A stretch of 64,000 nt of DNA from positions 133,152-197,151 of the forward strand of contig JACKFI010000001.1 of assembly GCA_020632555.1 (NCBI GenBank), read 5' to 3'. The translations under genes and the position numbers were made by a program. Positions 50,009 to 59,376 of the stretch are shown in pieces. The notes beneath the pieces are model-generated. The model was not told the DNA's origin, made no database searches, and saw only the letters and a list, made by a program, of their open reading frames with translations. How positions within the stretch are numbered: the first letter of the stretch is position 1; each line of letters starts with the position of its first letter. The DNA comes from Candidatus Omnitrophota bacterium. GTDB lineage: Bacteria; Omnitrophota; Gorgyraeia; Zapsychrales; JANLHA01.

Positions 50009-51943
50009 TTACTCAAAGTGCCTGTTTAATTGCTCTAGCTCATTTAATAAATCTTCACTTTTTTGCTTCTGTTGCTCAATTTTCTCTTGTTGATAAGCAA
50101 CAACCTTGGTTAAAACCGCAGCAATATCCATTGGGGCTAATCCTTGGCGTTGTTTTTGAACAACCAAAGCAGGAACATCTTCGGCAATAAAACCAACATA
50201 TTCTTCATCTTTTTGTAATTTATAATTAAACCGTACCGGATTTAAACCACGCAATGTTTCTAAAGCTTGATCCAGGTCCAAAGCCGTAATATTTTCTTTA
50301 TATTCACGACTTGATGAAGGCATGAATTTACCACTGGCATCAACATAGGCACCGTTACCAAAATCCATAATGTATTGCGGATTACTCTTATTAACCCCAA
50401 TGCAACCATTGCAACTGCCGCCTTTCTTGATGGTAAAAATATCACCCACAACAGAACTAGAGTTGCTGGTAAAGTTTAAATAATCATCCGCAGAATTATT
50501 GCCATTAATTTCCAACCCAGCGGCAGGAGTTATATCGCGAATACCCATTCTGCCAGAATAAATGATAAAAGCATTGGCTGTCGAAATATCTGCAGGCGCT
50601 GCAGAATATCCCCACAAAAAAGTATTATTAGCCCCAGTGGTCAATCTCATATTTCGACCAGCAACAAATGAATATGGGCCAACAATAGAATTATCAGCCC
50701 CACCGGCAATCATCGAACAATCAGAAGCCGCCTCAACCCTATTGAGCTTACCCCCCATAACCGTTGCATAAGGACTCAAAACGCCATTGTCTTCTCCTGC
50801 GCCAATCACAGAATAATCCTGACTCACAGTATTTCTATGCCCACCACCGACGACCGAATAAAGACCCTGAACAAGATTATCACTGCCGCCGGCAATAACC
50901 GAATACTGTCCAGAAATAACATTTGACTTCCCACCGGAATTAACAGAATATGAAGCGCTGGACGAATTTAAATGCCCCCCCGCAATAACAGTCCGATCCG
51001 TTACATTGACAAAGGTGTTGGCCCGACCGCCGCTAATGACCCCATAACTGCTAACCTGACTTGGCGAAAAAGAATTATCCCCACCACCTGAAATTATTTG
51101 ATAATCATAATAAGTCTTATTATTGTTCCCACCCGCAATAATTCTAAAACGAGAATAATTATCCGACCCGCGCGGGTGAGAATTATCTCTCCCTCCGCCG
51201 ATATCAGACCACACGTCCCCCGCACTATTATTAAAACCGGCTAGTCCTCCCTCCCAACAATCATCACGGCAAACATTGTTTTCTCCACCAAGAATAATTC
51301 CGCCCTTAGCTGCATTCGATTTACCTCCTAAAATCATTCCCCATCTGGCATCGTTATTCTCGCCACCTAAAACAAACATCCCTCTGCTGCCATATCCCAT
51401 AACTACACTGCCTGGATCAATATTCCCAACATCCCATTCATTCCCGGCAGCATACCCGGAACGAAAAGCTTTTTTCGATGGAATCCACATCAAGCGCGTA
51501 CCGGCTCCCGCAGTAACTAAGGCTGTCCCACTGGCCCAACTGGGCGTAAACCATCGCGATAAAATTCCACCATCACCGGCGAGCGTTAACTTAAACTGCG
51601 GCATCATTGTTCCAATCCCAACTTTTTTAGCTGCTGGATTCGTCGTATCGGCAAGATGGAGATTGTCTCCTGTCAATACCCACGTACCAGAGACAAGCAC
51701 GTATTTAGAAAACGGAGTGTCCTTAACACAATAATAAAGTCTGCCTAGGTCTGTCGCATTGGCATACAATGTACCAACAGGACAATTTGTATTTGGAGTA
51801 ATAGCTGGCTGAGGATTTAATCTGAGTTTGCTGTAATTTCCCGTTGGAGCAGGATAGTAGGACGTCATTTCCAAACCGCTGCAAGCTGCACAGGCGATAA
51901 ACGCGAACGAAAAAAACAAATATGCTGAAAATATTCTTCGCAT
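50009..51943 (-). CDS. Secreted phage-tail-fibre-like protein, paralog 3
   Basis: Same architecture: TSYYPAPTGNYSKLRLNPQ module, repeats, C-terminal SSREYKENITALD…YVGFIAEDVPALV…MDIAAVL. 2-bp gap to paralog 2 (operon). Confidence 0.7.
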   Translation of the reverse strand: MRRIFSAYLFFSFAFIACAACSGLEMTSYYPAPTGNYSKLRLNPQPAITPNTNCPVGTLYANATDLGRLYYCVKDTPFSKYVLVSGTWVLTGDNLHLADTTNPAAKKVGIGTMMPQFKLTLAGDGGILSRWFTPSWASGTALVTAGAGTRLMWIPSKKAFRSGYAAGNEWDVGNIDPGSVVMGYGSRGMFVLGGENNDARWGMILGGKSNAAKGGIILGGENNVCRDDCWEGGLAGFNNSAGDVWSDIGGGRDNSHPRGSDNYSRFRIIAGGNNNKTYYDYQIISGGGDNSFSPSQVSSYGVISGGRANTFVNVTDRTVIAGGHLNSSSASYSVNSGGKSNVISGQYSVIAGGSDNLVQGLYSVVGGGHRNTVSQDYSVIGAGEDNGVLSPYATVMGGKLNRVEAASDCSMIAGGADNSIVGPYSFVAGRNMRLTTGANNTFLWGYSAAPADISTANAFIIYSGRMGIRDITPAAGLEINGNNSADDYLNFTSNSSSVVGDIFTIKKGGSCNGCIGVNKSNPQYIMDFGNGAYVDASGKFMPSSSREYKENITALDLDQALETLRGLNPVRFNYKLQKDEEYVGFIAEDVPALVVQKQRQGLAPMDIAAVLTKVVAYQQEKIEQQKQKSEDLLNELEQLNRHFE

Positions 51944-52033
51944 AAGCGGTTTTGAAAAAGACCAACTGATATAAAAAAAACACTTTTTTATACTATAGGA
52001 GAAGTATACCTGAAAAAATGACTAGTCACAATG

Positions 52034-53317
52034 TCAAGAATGCATCTTTTCAGTCAAAAAGGCAAGATCGCCGCCGTGGCGATAACGAATCATACCGGCA
52101 ATGCCTACAATGGTAAAAATCGCGCCCACCGAAACCAAAATCCAAAACGCGTCAATACGTTCAGCTAGCCATGAACTGATCAACATGGAGGTCAAAAACG
52201 CAAAATGAATAACGATTTCCAACGCGCTAAAAACTTTTCCTCGCATCGCCTCATCACTGGCCACATGAACAATCGTATTAGACGCGATAAAAATCGGACC
52301 AATCACAATACCCAATAAAAACGCCAGAATCCCAGCCAAAAAAACACTTGGGTATTGCTGGACGGTCGTCGCGAAAACAATAACCATCGCTCCGCCAGCC
52401 ATCAAGCTCAAAAAAATCGTACGCGACCACAAAACTTTTTTGCCCCAACGCCCATAAAGCAAAGCGCCAATAAAGAGCCCCACACCTAAGCAAACAGCCA
52501 AAACACCCAAGTCCCGCGTGACCGTGTTAAAAGCTTTTTGAATAAAAACGATAATGACTACATAAATAGCACCAGCTGCGGACAAAAGAATAAAAAACAT
52601 ATTCATCACGAAACGAATCTGACGCTGGCTAAACAAATACTGCAAGCCTTCTTTGATTTCTGAAAAAAAAGATTTCTCAATCGCAAGAAATTCCTTGCCC
52701 TTATCAATGATTTGTTTTTTACTCAATTCGACATGAAACTTAGCACCCATTGATCCAATTAATAACGCTGAAAAAAAGTATGTTGCTCCATCACCAAAAA
52801 AACCTGCTTTCACGCCAACTTTATCAACCAAAAAACCACCTAATGCACAACCCAAGACAAAAGCCAACATACCTGTGGTCGTCAAAAGCGAATTGGCCAT
52901 CAAAATATTTTCGGCGGGAACAAGTTCAGGAACAATAGACATTTTAGCGGGCACATAAAAACGGCTAAAACAAAAAATCAGAAAAACAATAATATAAATT
53001 TCGATCATGGATTGTTTATACAAAAAGAAAAAAGGAATGATCAAAACCAGAAGTCCACGAACCAAATCACATACAAATAATGTCTTGCGTTTGTCCCAAC
53101 GATCCACATAAACGCCGGCAATAGGCCCGACGATAAAAACGGGAATAATCGTAAACGACAACAGTTTGGCCAAGCTGTAAGCTGAACCAGGTTCACGCTG
53201 GGCAATCAAACCAATCAAGGCCATTTGATTTAAGCGATCTCCAAACTGCGAAATCAGCTGTGCCCACCACAGACGCATAAACTGCTTATTTTTTTTATCA
53301 AAAATAAAACGCAACAT
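52034..53317 (-). CDS. MFS-family transporter
   Basis: 427 aa, ~12 TM, MFS motif-A-like GVYVDRWDKRKT. Confidence 0.75.
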   Translation of the reverse strand: MLRFIFDKKNKQFMRLWWAQLISQFGDRLNQMALIGLIAQREPGSAYSLAKLLSFTIIPVFIVGPIAGVYVDRWDKRKTLFVCDLVRGLLVLIIPFFFLYKQSMIEIYIIVFLIFCFSRFYVPAKMSIVPELVPAENILMANSLLTTTGMLAFVLGCALGGFLVDKVGVKAGFFGDGATYFFSALLIGSMGAKFHVELSKKQIIDKGKEFLAIEKSFFSEIKEGLQYLFSQRQIRFVMNMFFILLSAAGAIYVVIIVFIQKAFNTVTRDLGVLAVCLGVGLFIGALLYGRWGKKVLWSRTIFLSLMAGGAMVIVFATTVQQYPSVFLAGILAFLLGIVIGPIFIASNTIVHVASDEAMRGKVFSALEIVIHFAFLTSMLISSWLAERIDAFWILVSVGAIFTIVGIAGMIRYRHGGDLAFLTEKMHS

Positions 53318-53320
53318 AAT

Positions 53321-55126
53321 TTAAAGCTTCTCAATACGCCGGGCCATATCGGCCAAATGCATAGTCGCCAGACGATCCAATTCATCAGGACCGGACTTGA
53401 GCAACAAAACACGCTCATAAAACGCGATCGCTTTTTCCCGTTGCCCCAGCATTTGATACGTTGAAGCGAGGTTAAATAAAGCTTCTTTCAAATTTCCATC
53501 TAATGAAATTGCTTTTTCGTAATACTCAATGGCCCGCCGGGGATCAGATAATTTCGAATACAAAATCCCCAAACTATGGTAACCGCGCGCATTATCGGGT
53601 TTTTCTCTCATCAAACGTTCATAATGTGAAACCAAAAACAATTCCGTAGACTTGATATTATCGTCAAGCAAGTTCTTCAAATCGCCCGGATCGGTAATCT
53701 TATCATATTCGCGCAAACCTTCCCAAAACTTACCTTGATCACATAAGGATTTACCCAAACCAATGCGCGCCCGGATATTAAAAGGTTCAACATCCAAAAC
53801 TTTTCGAAAATTATGTTCAGCCAGATCAAACCGATTGCGCTTAGCATAAGATAAAGCCAAAGAATTGCGAATACGCGTATTGGTCGGATTAATGGACAAA
53901 GTGCGCTCGAACATTGCGATTTCATTGCTGGAATAAATGTTGTATTGAATCGTTAAAAGAATCAAAAATAAAGAAAACCCTATCACACCAGAGCGAATCA
54001 TGAAAGGAGAAATCAATTTACGGCGCGCACAGGCTTTTTTGTAATGCTCAAAGAGCACCATGGCTAAAACAAAAATACCAATGCTGGGCACATATAAAAA
54101 ATGCTCCGCTGTTGAAATATAGCCCGGCTGGACTCCCACTGTTGTAATAATCTGAGAAACAGGTAAAAGTTCAATAAAAAACCAGCTCACACAAAAAGCT
54201 TGCAACCCTGTGATTTTCTCGCGCTTAATCCAAGCCATCGCCATTAAGGCCAAGAAAAATAGCACAGTCAGAATCACCTGAGTGTCCATGAAACTAATAA
54301 AAATCGGCTGAGAACGATCAAAATAAAGATCAACCGGAAAAATGAAAAGGCGCAAATCGATGATCACACTTTTTAAAAATGTCAAAAAACCCAAAACCAT
54401 TTCACTCGCCGATCGCCACGGAAAAGTTCTCGTAATGCCTAAAATATGGCGTATCCCCAAATAAACTCCGGCGACAGCAGCGTAAGGAACAAGGCCAACG
54501 AAAAGTTTTTTAAAATGAAAGCTTTGTTTTTCCTTAATAAAATAAGAATAACTTAAAAACACCAATGGAAGAATACCCGCGGATTCTTTGCACAGCAGCG
54601 CCAAAGCAAACGCGATCAGTGAAAAATACGAATAATATTTCCGGCGGTCGGAATAAATAAAAAAATAAAATGACGCCAGCCCATAAAAAGCGCACAAAAG
54701 AATAGAACGCCCGGGAATATTAGACACCGCCTCCCATTGAATCGGATGCAAAGCAAACAAAAATGCCGCTCCCAAGGCCATGGCTCGTCGATCTGTCAAA
54801 GCAAAAACAATCGCAAAAACCCAGAAAGCGTTGAGAATATGAATAAGAATATTGTCTACATAATACGGAACGGGATCGAGTTTAAAAAAATGGTATTCCT
54901 TCATAAAACTCAGCGTAACCAATGGCCGATAATAAGCCTCCCCACTAAAAAAAGCGCTGGTCATCACTTTGGGAATATTACGAAAACTGCGAACATCTTC
55001 ATTGCGGACAATTGAATAATCATCATCCAGCGTCTTAAAAGCGCCATTAATGCTAAACGAATAGACAAAACATGTCATAAACGCCAACAAAATCAACCCA
55101 ACAAGTGTTTTACGTTTTTCAATCAT
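53321..55126 (-). CDS. TMTC-like membrane glycosyltransferase (GT-C/PMT_2-like polytopic N-domain + C-terminal TPR repeats), paralog A
   Basis: 601 aa. ~10 N-terminal TMs with a DUF1736-like region. C-terminal 5-6 TPR units (…ALSYAKRNRFDLAEHNFRKVLDVEP…). Confidence 0.65.
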   Translation of the reverse strand: MIEKRKTLVGLILLAFMTCFVYSFSINGAFKTLDDDYSIVRNEDVRSFRNIPKVMTSAFFSGEAYYRPLVTLSFMKEYHFFKLDPVPYYVDNILIHILNAFWVFAIVFALTDRRAMALGAAFLFALHPIQWEAVSNIPGRSILLCAFYGLASFYFFIYSDRRKYYSYFSLIAFALALLCKESAGILPLVFLSYSYFIKEKQSFHFKKLFVGLVPYAAVAGVYLGIRHILGITRTFPWRSASEMVLGFLTFLKSVIIDLRLFIFPVDLYFDRSQPIFISFMDTQVILTVLFFLALMAMAWIKREKITGLQAFCVSWFFIELLPVSQIITTVGVQPGYISTAEHFLYVPSIGIFVLAMVLFEHYKKACARRKLISPFMIRSGVIGFSLFLILLTIQYNIYSSNEIAMFERTLSINPTNTRIRNSLALSYAKRNRFDLAEHNFRKVLDVEPFNIRARIGLGKSLCDQGKFWEGLREYDKITDPGDLKNLLDDNIKSTELFLVSHYERLMREKPDNARGYHSLGILYSKLSDPRRAIEYYEKAISLDGNLKEALFNLASTYQMLGQREKAIAFYERVLLLKSGPDELDRLATMHLADMARRIEKL

Positions 55127-56927
55127 TTTTTTTCTCTGCCTGGTTAAGGTAATTTTCTACCGCTTTTAAATTCATATCCCCATCAAACTTTTCTTGAGCT
55201 TTTGCCAATACCGTCCGCGCTTGCGGCAAATCACCGGCCTCAATGTTAATATGTATCACAAAAACATAAGCCAGTACCGATTGAGAATCAACTGCCATGG
55301 CCTGCAAAGCACAATCTTTTGCCGACACATAATCTTTTTTAATCAAATAATTCCTCGAAAGCTCCAAATACAATCCCGAAAAACCGGGAGCCAACTCAAT
55401 GGCTTTCTTCAAATAACCAATCGCGGCGTCGGGAGTAGCAGCCGCTTTACTTAGAAGATGATAAGTCATAAATTTTTCTTTGTCACTGGAAATAAACGGA
55501 TTATTCATCGCGACTTTAAGATGTTGTGTAAGATATTTAACCGCCTGCGGCGAATGACCTGCCAAATAACTATCCAAGCCTAAAATCCAATACGGGCGAG
55601 AACTATCCGGATACCGGCGAATCATTTCGCGGCAAGCCACAAAATTATTTCTAAAGAAATCATTATTGGCAATGGTTAAAATAATCAAAAACCCTGTCCA
55701 AACTCCTGGCAATATCAATCTCATGTTCAACGTAATATGTCGTCGAGTAAACCACTGCGCAAGATGGTCTATACCAATCGCAAATAACAAAAAAAATCCA
55801 ATCGACGGCAAATACAAGAAACGAAATGCTAAAGGATTAAGCAAAGGAAAGATCCCAGAAGCCGGGAAATAATTGACAAAAAACCACACAAACCCAAAAG
55901 TAATAATTTTATCGCGTCGAAAAAAATTAACGGCTAAAATTATGGACAATAAGCTAACAACCAACGGCACCATCAATTCCCAAATCGGCATTGGAAAAAT
56001 TGGCGGGGCATACAAGGGAGGAAGAACAGAAACTTTAAACGGCAAAACCAGCGCCACGCAGTACTGTAAGAAAAGTTTAAGCATCAAGACAATTTGCGCT
56101 AAACCTTTTAAAGCATAAGGCGAAGGCTGTAAATAAAATACATTAGGAATTAAAATGAAGTACACACATAAATAAAAGATCGTGATTCCAGCCAAAACCG
56201 CGTAAAGCCCCTTCTTTTGACCAAGAATCTGTCGACCCTTTTGCGCTGAAAGAAAGAACCAGTCGACAATAAAAATAATAAATGGAAAAGTTACTGCTGT
56301 TTCTTTTGAAAACAAAGCCAAAAAATATGACACTCCGACAAGACCAAACCAGAGGCCTTTTCTTTTAGCCTCACTAAAGCGCGCATAAGCTAAAACCGCG
56401 CACAAATAAAACATCGTCATCAAAATATCCGAACGATACCCGCTGGCATTGACAACTTCCGACTGAATTGGATGGACTGCGAAAAAACTTGCCGCCCAAA
56501 AAGCTATTTTTTTATTGCCGGAAATCCGCAGGATAAAATAAAAAACCAAAATGCAGGTCAAAAAATGAAGAAATATATTACTAAAATGATGCCCCGTCGG
56601 ATTGTTCTTCCATAAAGCGTAATCTATAAAAAAGGTCGCAGCGCTAACCGGACGATAAGAAACGCACCCGGAAAAAGATTGAGTCTTTTGTGAAGCATCA
56701 TAAGTCGACGGATTCATGACCAAATCTTGTGAGAAAATCTTTGGGAAATTGGTCAGACTTTTATAAAATTCATTGCCGCTAAAAAGAGCCTTGTCGTCGC
56801 CAACAAAGTCATTTTGCAAACAATTGTGAAAAGCGGCTGCAACAAAAAGCGCTAAAAGAAAAATAATTAATCGATTGGTGAAGGGAATTTTTGTGAAGGA
56901 AAAATTTTTCAAGGCACGAAGAATCAA
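55119..56927 (-). CDS. TMTC-like membrane glycosyltransferase (GT-C + TPR), paralog B
   Basis: 602 aa. Same architecture as paralog A. Overlaps it by 8 nt (operon). Confidence 0.65.
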   Translation of the reverse strand: MILRALKNFSFTKIPFTNRLIIFLLALFVAAAFHNCLQNDFVGDDKALFSGNEFYKSLTNFPKIFSQDLVMNPSTYDASQKTQSFSGCVSYRPVSAATFFIDYALWKNNPTGHHFSNIFLHFLTCILVFYFILRISGNKKIAFWAASFFAVHPIQSEVVNASGYRSDILMTMFYLCAVLAYARFSEAKRKGLWFGLVGVSYFLALFSKETAVTFPFIIFIVDWFFLSAQKGRQILGQKKGLYAVLAGITIFYLCVYFILIPNVFYLQPSPYALKGLAQIVLMLKLFLQYCVALVLPFKVSVLPPLYAPPIFPMPIWELMVPLVVSLLSIILAVNFFRRDKIITFGFVWFFVNYFPASGIFPLLNPLAFRFLYLPSIGFFLLFAIGIDHLAQWFTRRHITLNMRLILPGVWTGFLIILTIANNDFFRNNFVACREMIRRYPDSSRPYWILGLDSYLAGHSPQAVKYLTQHLKVAMNNPFISSDKEKFMTYHLLSKAAATPDAAIGYLKKAIELAPGFSGLYLELSRNYLIKKDYVSAKDCALQAMAVDSQSVLAYVFVIHINIEAGDLPQARTVLAKAQEKFDGDMNLKAVENYLNQAEKKND

Positions 56928-56951
56928 ATTTTAATGAAACATCAAAAAACA

Positions 56952-57024
56952 AGCTGGCGGTCAGGGTTGAACTGACGGCCTGCGCATTACGAATGCGCTG
57001 CTCTACCGACTGAGCTACGCCAGC
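56952..57024 (-). tRNA. tRNA-Thr (anticodon CGU)
   Basis: Minus strand reads GCTGGCGTAGCTCAGTCGGTAGAGCAGCGCATTCGTAATGCGCAGGCCGTCAGTTCAACCCTGACCGCCAGCT. Anticodon loop TTCGTAA. No encoded CCA. Confidence 0.85.
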
Positions 57025-57490
57025 GAATTACCTTAAAATAATCAAAACAAACCTTAAGAAAAATTCGCCAGTACTGTTTTCCTTATATCTTTTTACAGAA
57101 AAAACAGTGCGCCAGCAAACTTCCACTAAACTTACAAAATTTACCCTTAGAACAGTTTGCCAGTACTGCCTTCTACTTTTACTATCTTGAGAAGGCATGT
57201 ACGCCAGCGAATTACCTTAAAATCATCAAAACAACCTTAAGAAAAATTTGCCAGTACTGTTTTCCTTATATCTTTTTACAGAAAAAACAGTGCGCCAGCA
57301 AACTTCCACTAAACTTACAAAATTTACCCTTAGAACAGTTTGCCAGTACTGCCTTCTACTTTTACTATCTTGAGAAGGCATGTACGCCAGCGAATTACCT
57401 TAAAATCATCAAAACAAACCTTAAGAAAAATTTACCAGTACTGTTTTCCTTATATCTTTTTACAGAAAAAACAGTGCGCCAGCATTTACA
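57017..57490. repeat. ~183-bp tandem repeat x 2.6; each unit begins with the first 8-10 nt of tRNA-Thr (ACGCCAGCG)
   Basis: Unit starts at 57017, 57201 and 57384, >95% identical. Each unit contains the internal inverted repeat ACTGTTTT…AAAACAGT and two GCCAGTACTG boxes. Confidence 0.7.
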
Positions 57491-57503
57491 TCAAATTTTT
57501 CGC

Positions 57504-57650
57504 GGGAAACCGGGACATCACCCACCGAACAACATTGCACCAAACTAAAAAAAAAGAATGGTGCCGAGACTAAGGGATTGTTGTGGGAAACCGGGATTTC
57601 ACCCACCGAACAACAAAGCACCAAACTAAAAAAAAGAATGGTGCCGAGAC
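57504..57650. repeat. ~81-bp tandem duplication; each copy ends with the last 12 nt of tRNA-Phe (TGGTGCCGAGAC, i.e. ...GTCTCGGCACCA)
   Basis: 57504-57570 vs 57585-57650. The second copy's end is the genuine tRNA 3' end. Confidence 0.65.
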
Positions 57651-57714
57651 CCGGAATTGAACCGGGGACGCACGGCTTTTCAGGCCGTCGCTCTACCGAC
57701 TGAGCTATCTCGGC
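57639..57714 (-). tRNA. tRNA-Phe (anticodon GAA), CCA encoded
   Basis: Minus strand reads GCCGAGATAGCTCAGTCGGTAGAGCGACGGCCTGAAAAGCCGTGCGTCCCCGGTTCAATTCCGGGTCTCGGCACCA. Close to E. coli tRNA-Phe. Confidence 0.88.
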
Positions 57715-57973
57715 ACAACTGCTGCTACAAATAAAAGGTTGCTACCTTAGAAGTTTTGCTTTGAATAGCTTTTGTCCCGCTTGCGGGACTGAGCTACTCA
57801 AGCGTTTGCATCTAAATCTTTTCTGAGAAAACGCCAGTGCCGCACAATTAGCGGCGCTCGGCACAACTATCTTTTAAGATATTAAATCCAAATCAAAGAC
57901 CAGTGATTCTATCCAACCTCATCCCAAATGTCAACCGCGAAAGCCCACAACGACCACCGCGACACAATCACAA

Positions 57974-58375
57974 CTACGGATGCGACCGTTGAACAATCTT
58001 GGTATAAATATCCTGAGCTAATTTAATTCTTGGCATCATGCCCCGACGAGCTTTGACTCGTAGTTTTACAGTATCTGCGACCGGTTCAGCCACTGTCACC
58101 GTAATATGAGCCCCAGAAACCTTAGCAACAACCACTCCGGCAATTTCATTCTTCTCTTCAATCAGCCCCATAATGGATACTGTATCAACCGCGGCCTGCC
58201 AAATATCCTGCATGGTATATCCACTGACCATGCCCTCAACCGTGTCTGGACTAATCGCATAACCGCCCAAAGCCCCGACGCCGCCAATTACCAAATAAAA
58301 ACAGCCACTGCCGGTCAATAAAAATAAAACCAACGCTATCGAAAAAAAACTTTTCTTAACAGAAAACCTTTCCAC
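57974..58375 (-). CDS. Small lipoprotein (DUF3568-like)
   Basis: Lipobox LLTGSGC. 133 aa. Confidence 0.45.
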   Translation of the reverse strand: MERFSVKKSFFSIALVLFLLTGSGCFYLVIGGVGALGGYAISPDTVEGMVSGYTMQDIWQAAVDTVSIMGLIEEKNEIAGVVVAKVSGAHITVTVAEPVADTVKLRVKARRGMMPRIKLAQDIYTKIVQRSHP

Positions 58376-58562
58376 CCTTTATCTCCCAACCAAATGAGCA
58401 ATCCATTACAGCGTCAAGATTTTTGCTTATCCCTTGCAAGGCTTACGGCCATGATTGGCTTTTTTTGATCGCCAATTCAATTTGCCAACTTTACTTTTAC
58501 GTCCCATTCTGATCCCCTCCTTAATAATTTAAGGTACCATCGTACTACGCGACACGAAAAAA

Positions 58563-59216
58563 TCAAAGCAAAAATTTTCTCACCTGATAAACATTCTCAA
58601 CTACGGCCAAAGGCTTTAAAGCTGTTAATTCTGCAATTGTACTGGAACCTGTTGCTACCGCTACGGTTTTAACTCTCGCCCGCCGGCCGGTCAAAACATC
58701 AATCCCCATATCTCCCACATAGAGAGCTTGAGACGGCTTGAGCTTAAACTTCTTTAAAATCGCCTTAAGAATATCCGCCGCCGGCTTAGGACGCGCCACC
58801 TTATCCCCACATAAAACATAATCGAAGAAAATATTGATTTTTAAATACCTTATCGCAATCAGCGAAAACTTAGTCGGGCGATTGCTGGCCACTGCGATTC
58901 TTAATCCTTGCGCCTGCAAATATTGTAGAATTTTCAACGCGCCCGGCAATAGCTTGGTATCTTTGCGCAAAGCTAAAGCATGATGCTGTCGATAAACACT
59001 CAGCGCTCGGTCAATATCTTTGTCTCCGATTTTGTCCCCCAGAAAAGACTGCAACAAATGCCGGTCACCCCAACCCACTGTGCGTTTAATCGTCGAGTGC
59101 GCAATTGGGGCAAAACCAAATTTATCGACGGTATAATTGACACTGCGATAAACCGCCGGATAAGCGTTCATCAAAGTCCCATCAAGATCAAAAACAACAA
59201 GTTTGATTTTTTTCAT
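58563..59216 (-). CDS. HAD-superfamily hydrolase (subfamily IA, phosphoglycolate-phosphatase-like)
   Basis: Motif I VVFDLDGTL, motif III/IV …VGDMGIDV…. Confidence 0.8.
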   Translation of the reverse strand: MKKIKLVVFDLDGTLMNAYPAVYRSVNYTVDKFGFAPIAHSTIKRTVGWGDRHLLQSFLGDKIGDKDIDRALSVYRQHHALALRKDTKLLPGALKILQYLQAQGLRIAVASNRPTKFSLIAIRYLKINIFFDYVLCGDKVARPKPAADILKAILKKFKLKPSQALYVGDMGIDVLTGRRARVKTVAVATGSSTIAELTALKPLAVVENVYQVRKFLL

Positions 59217-59376
59217 AGTCGAATATTATAATTTAGAAATATTTTAGAAACTCATCTTATCATCGATTAACTAAATTGCTTGCCTTAGTGCTACAATTTT
59301 ATTTCGATGCTAAGACAAAAAAATCCCGCATGCCGATTTTCCAACATGCGGGATTGTGACGCAATGACTAATGAAC

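Noticed and set aside
57017-57650. CRISPR array hypothesis for the tandem repeats between the tRNAs
   Set aside because: Repeat periods are 183 and 81 bp with no alternating short direct repeats and unique spacers. The units contain tRNA termini. Not CRISPR.
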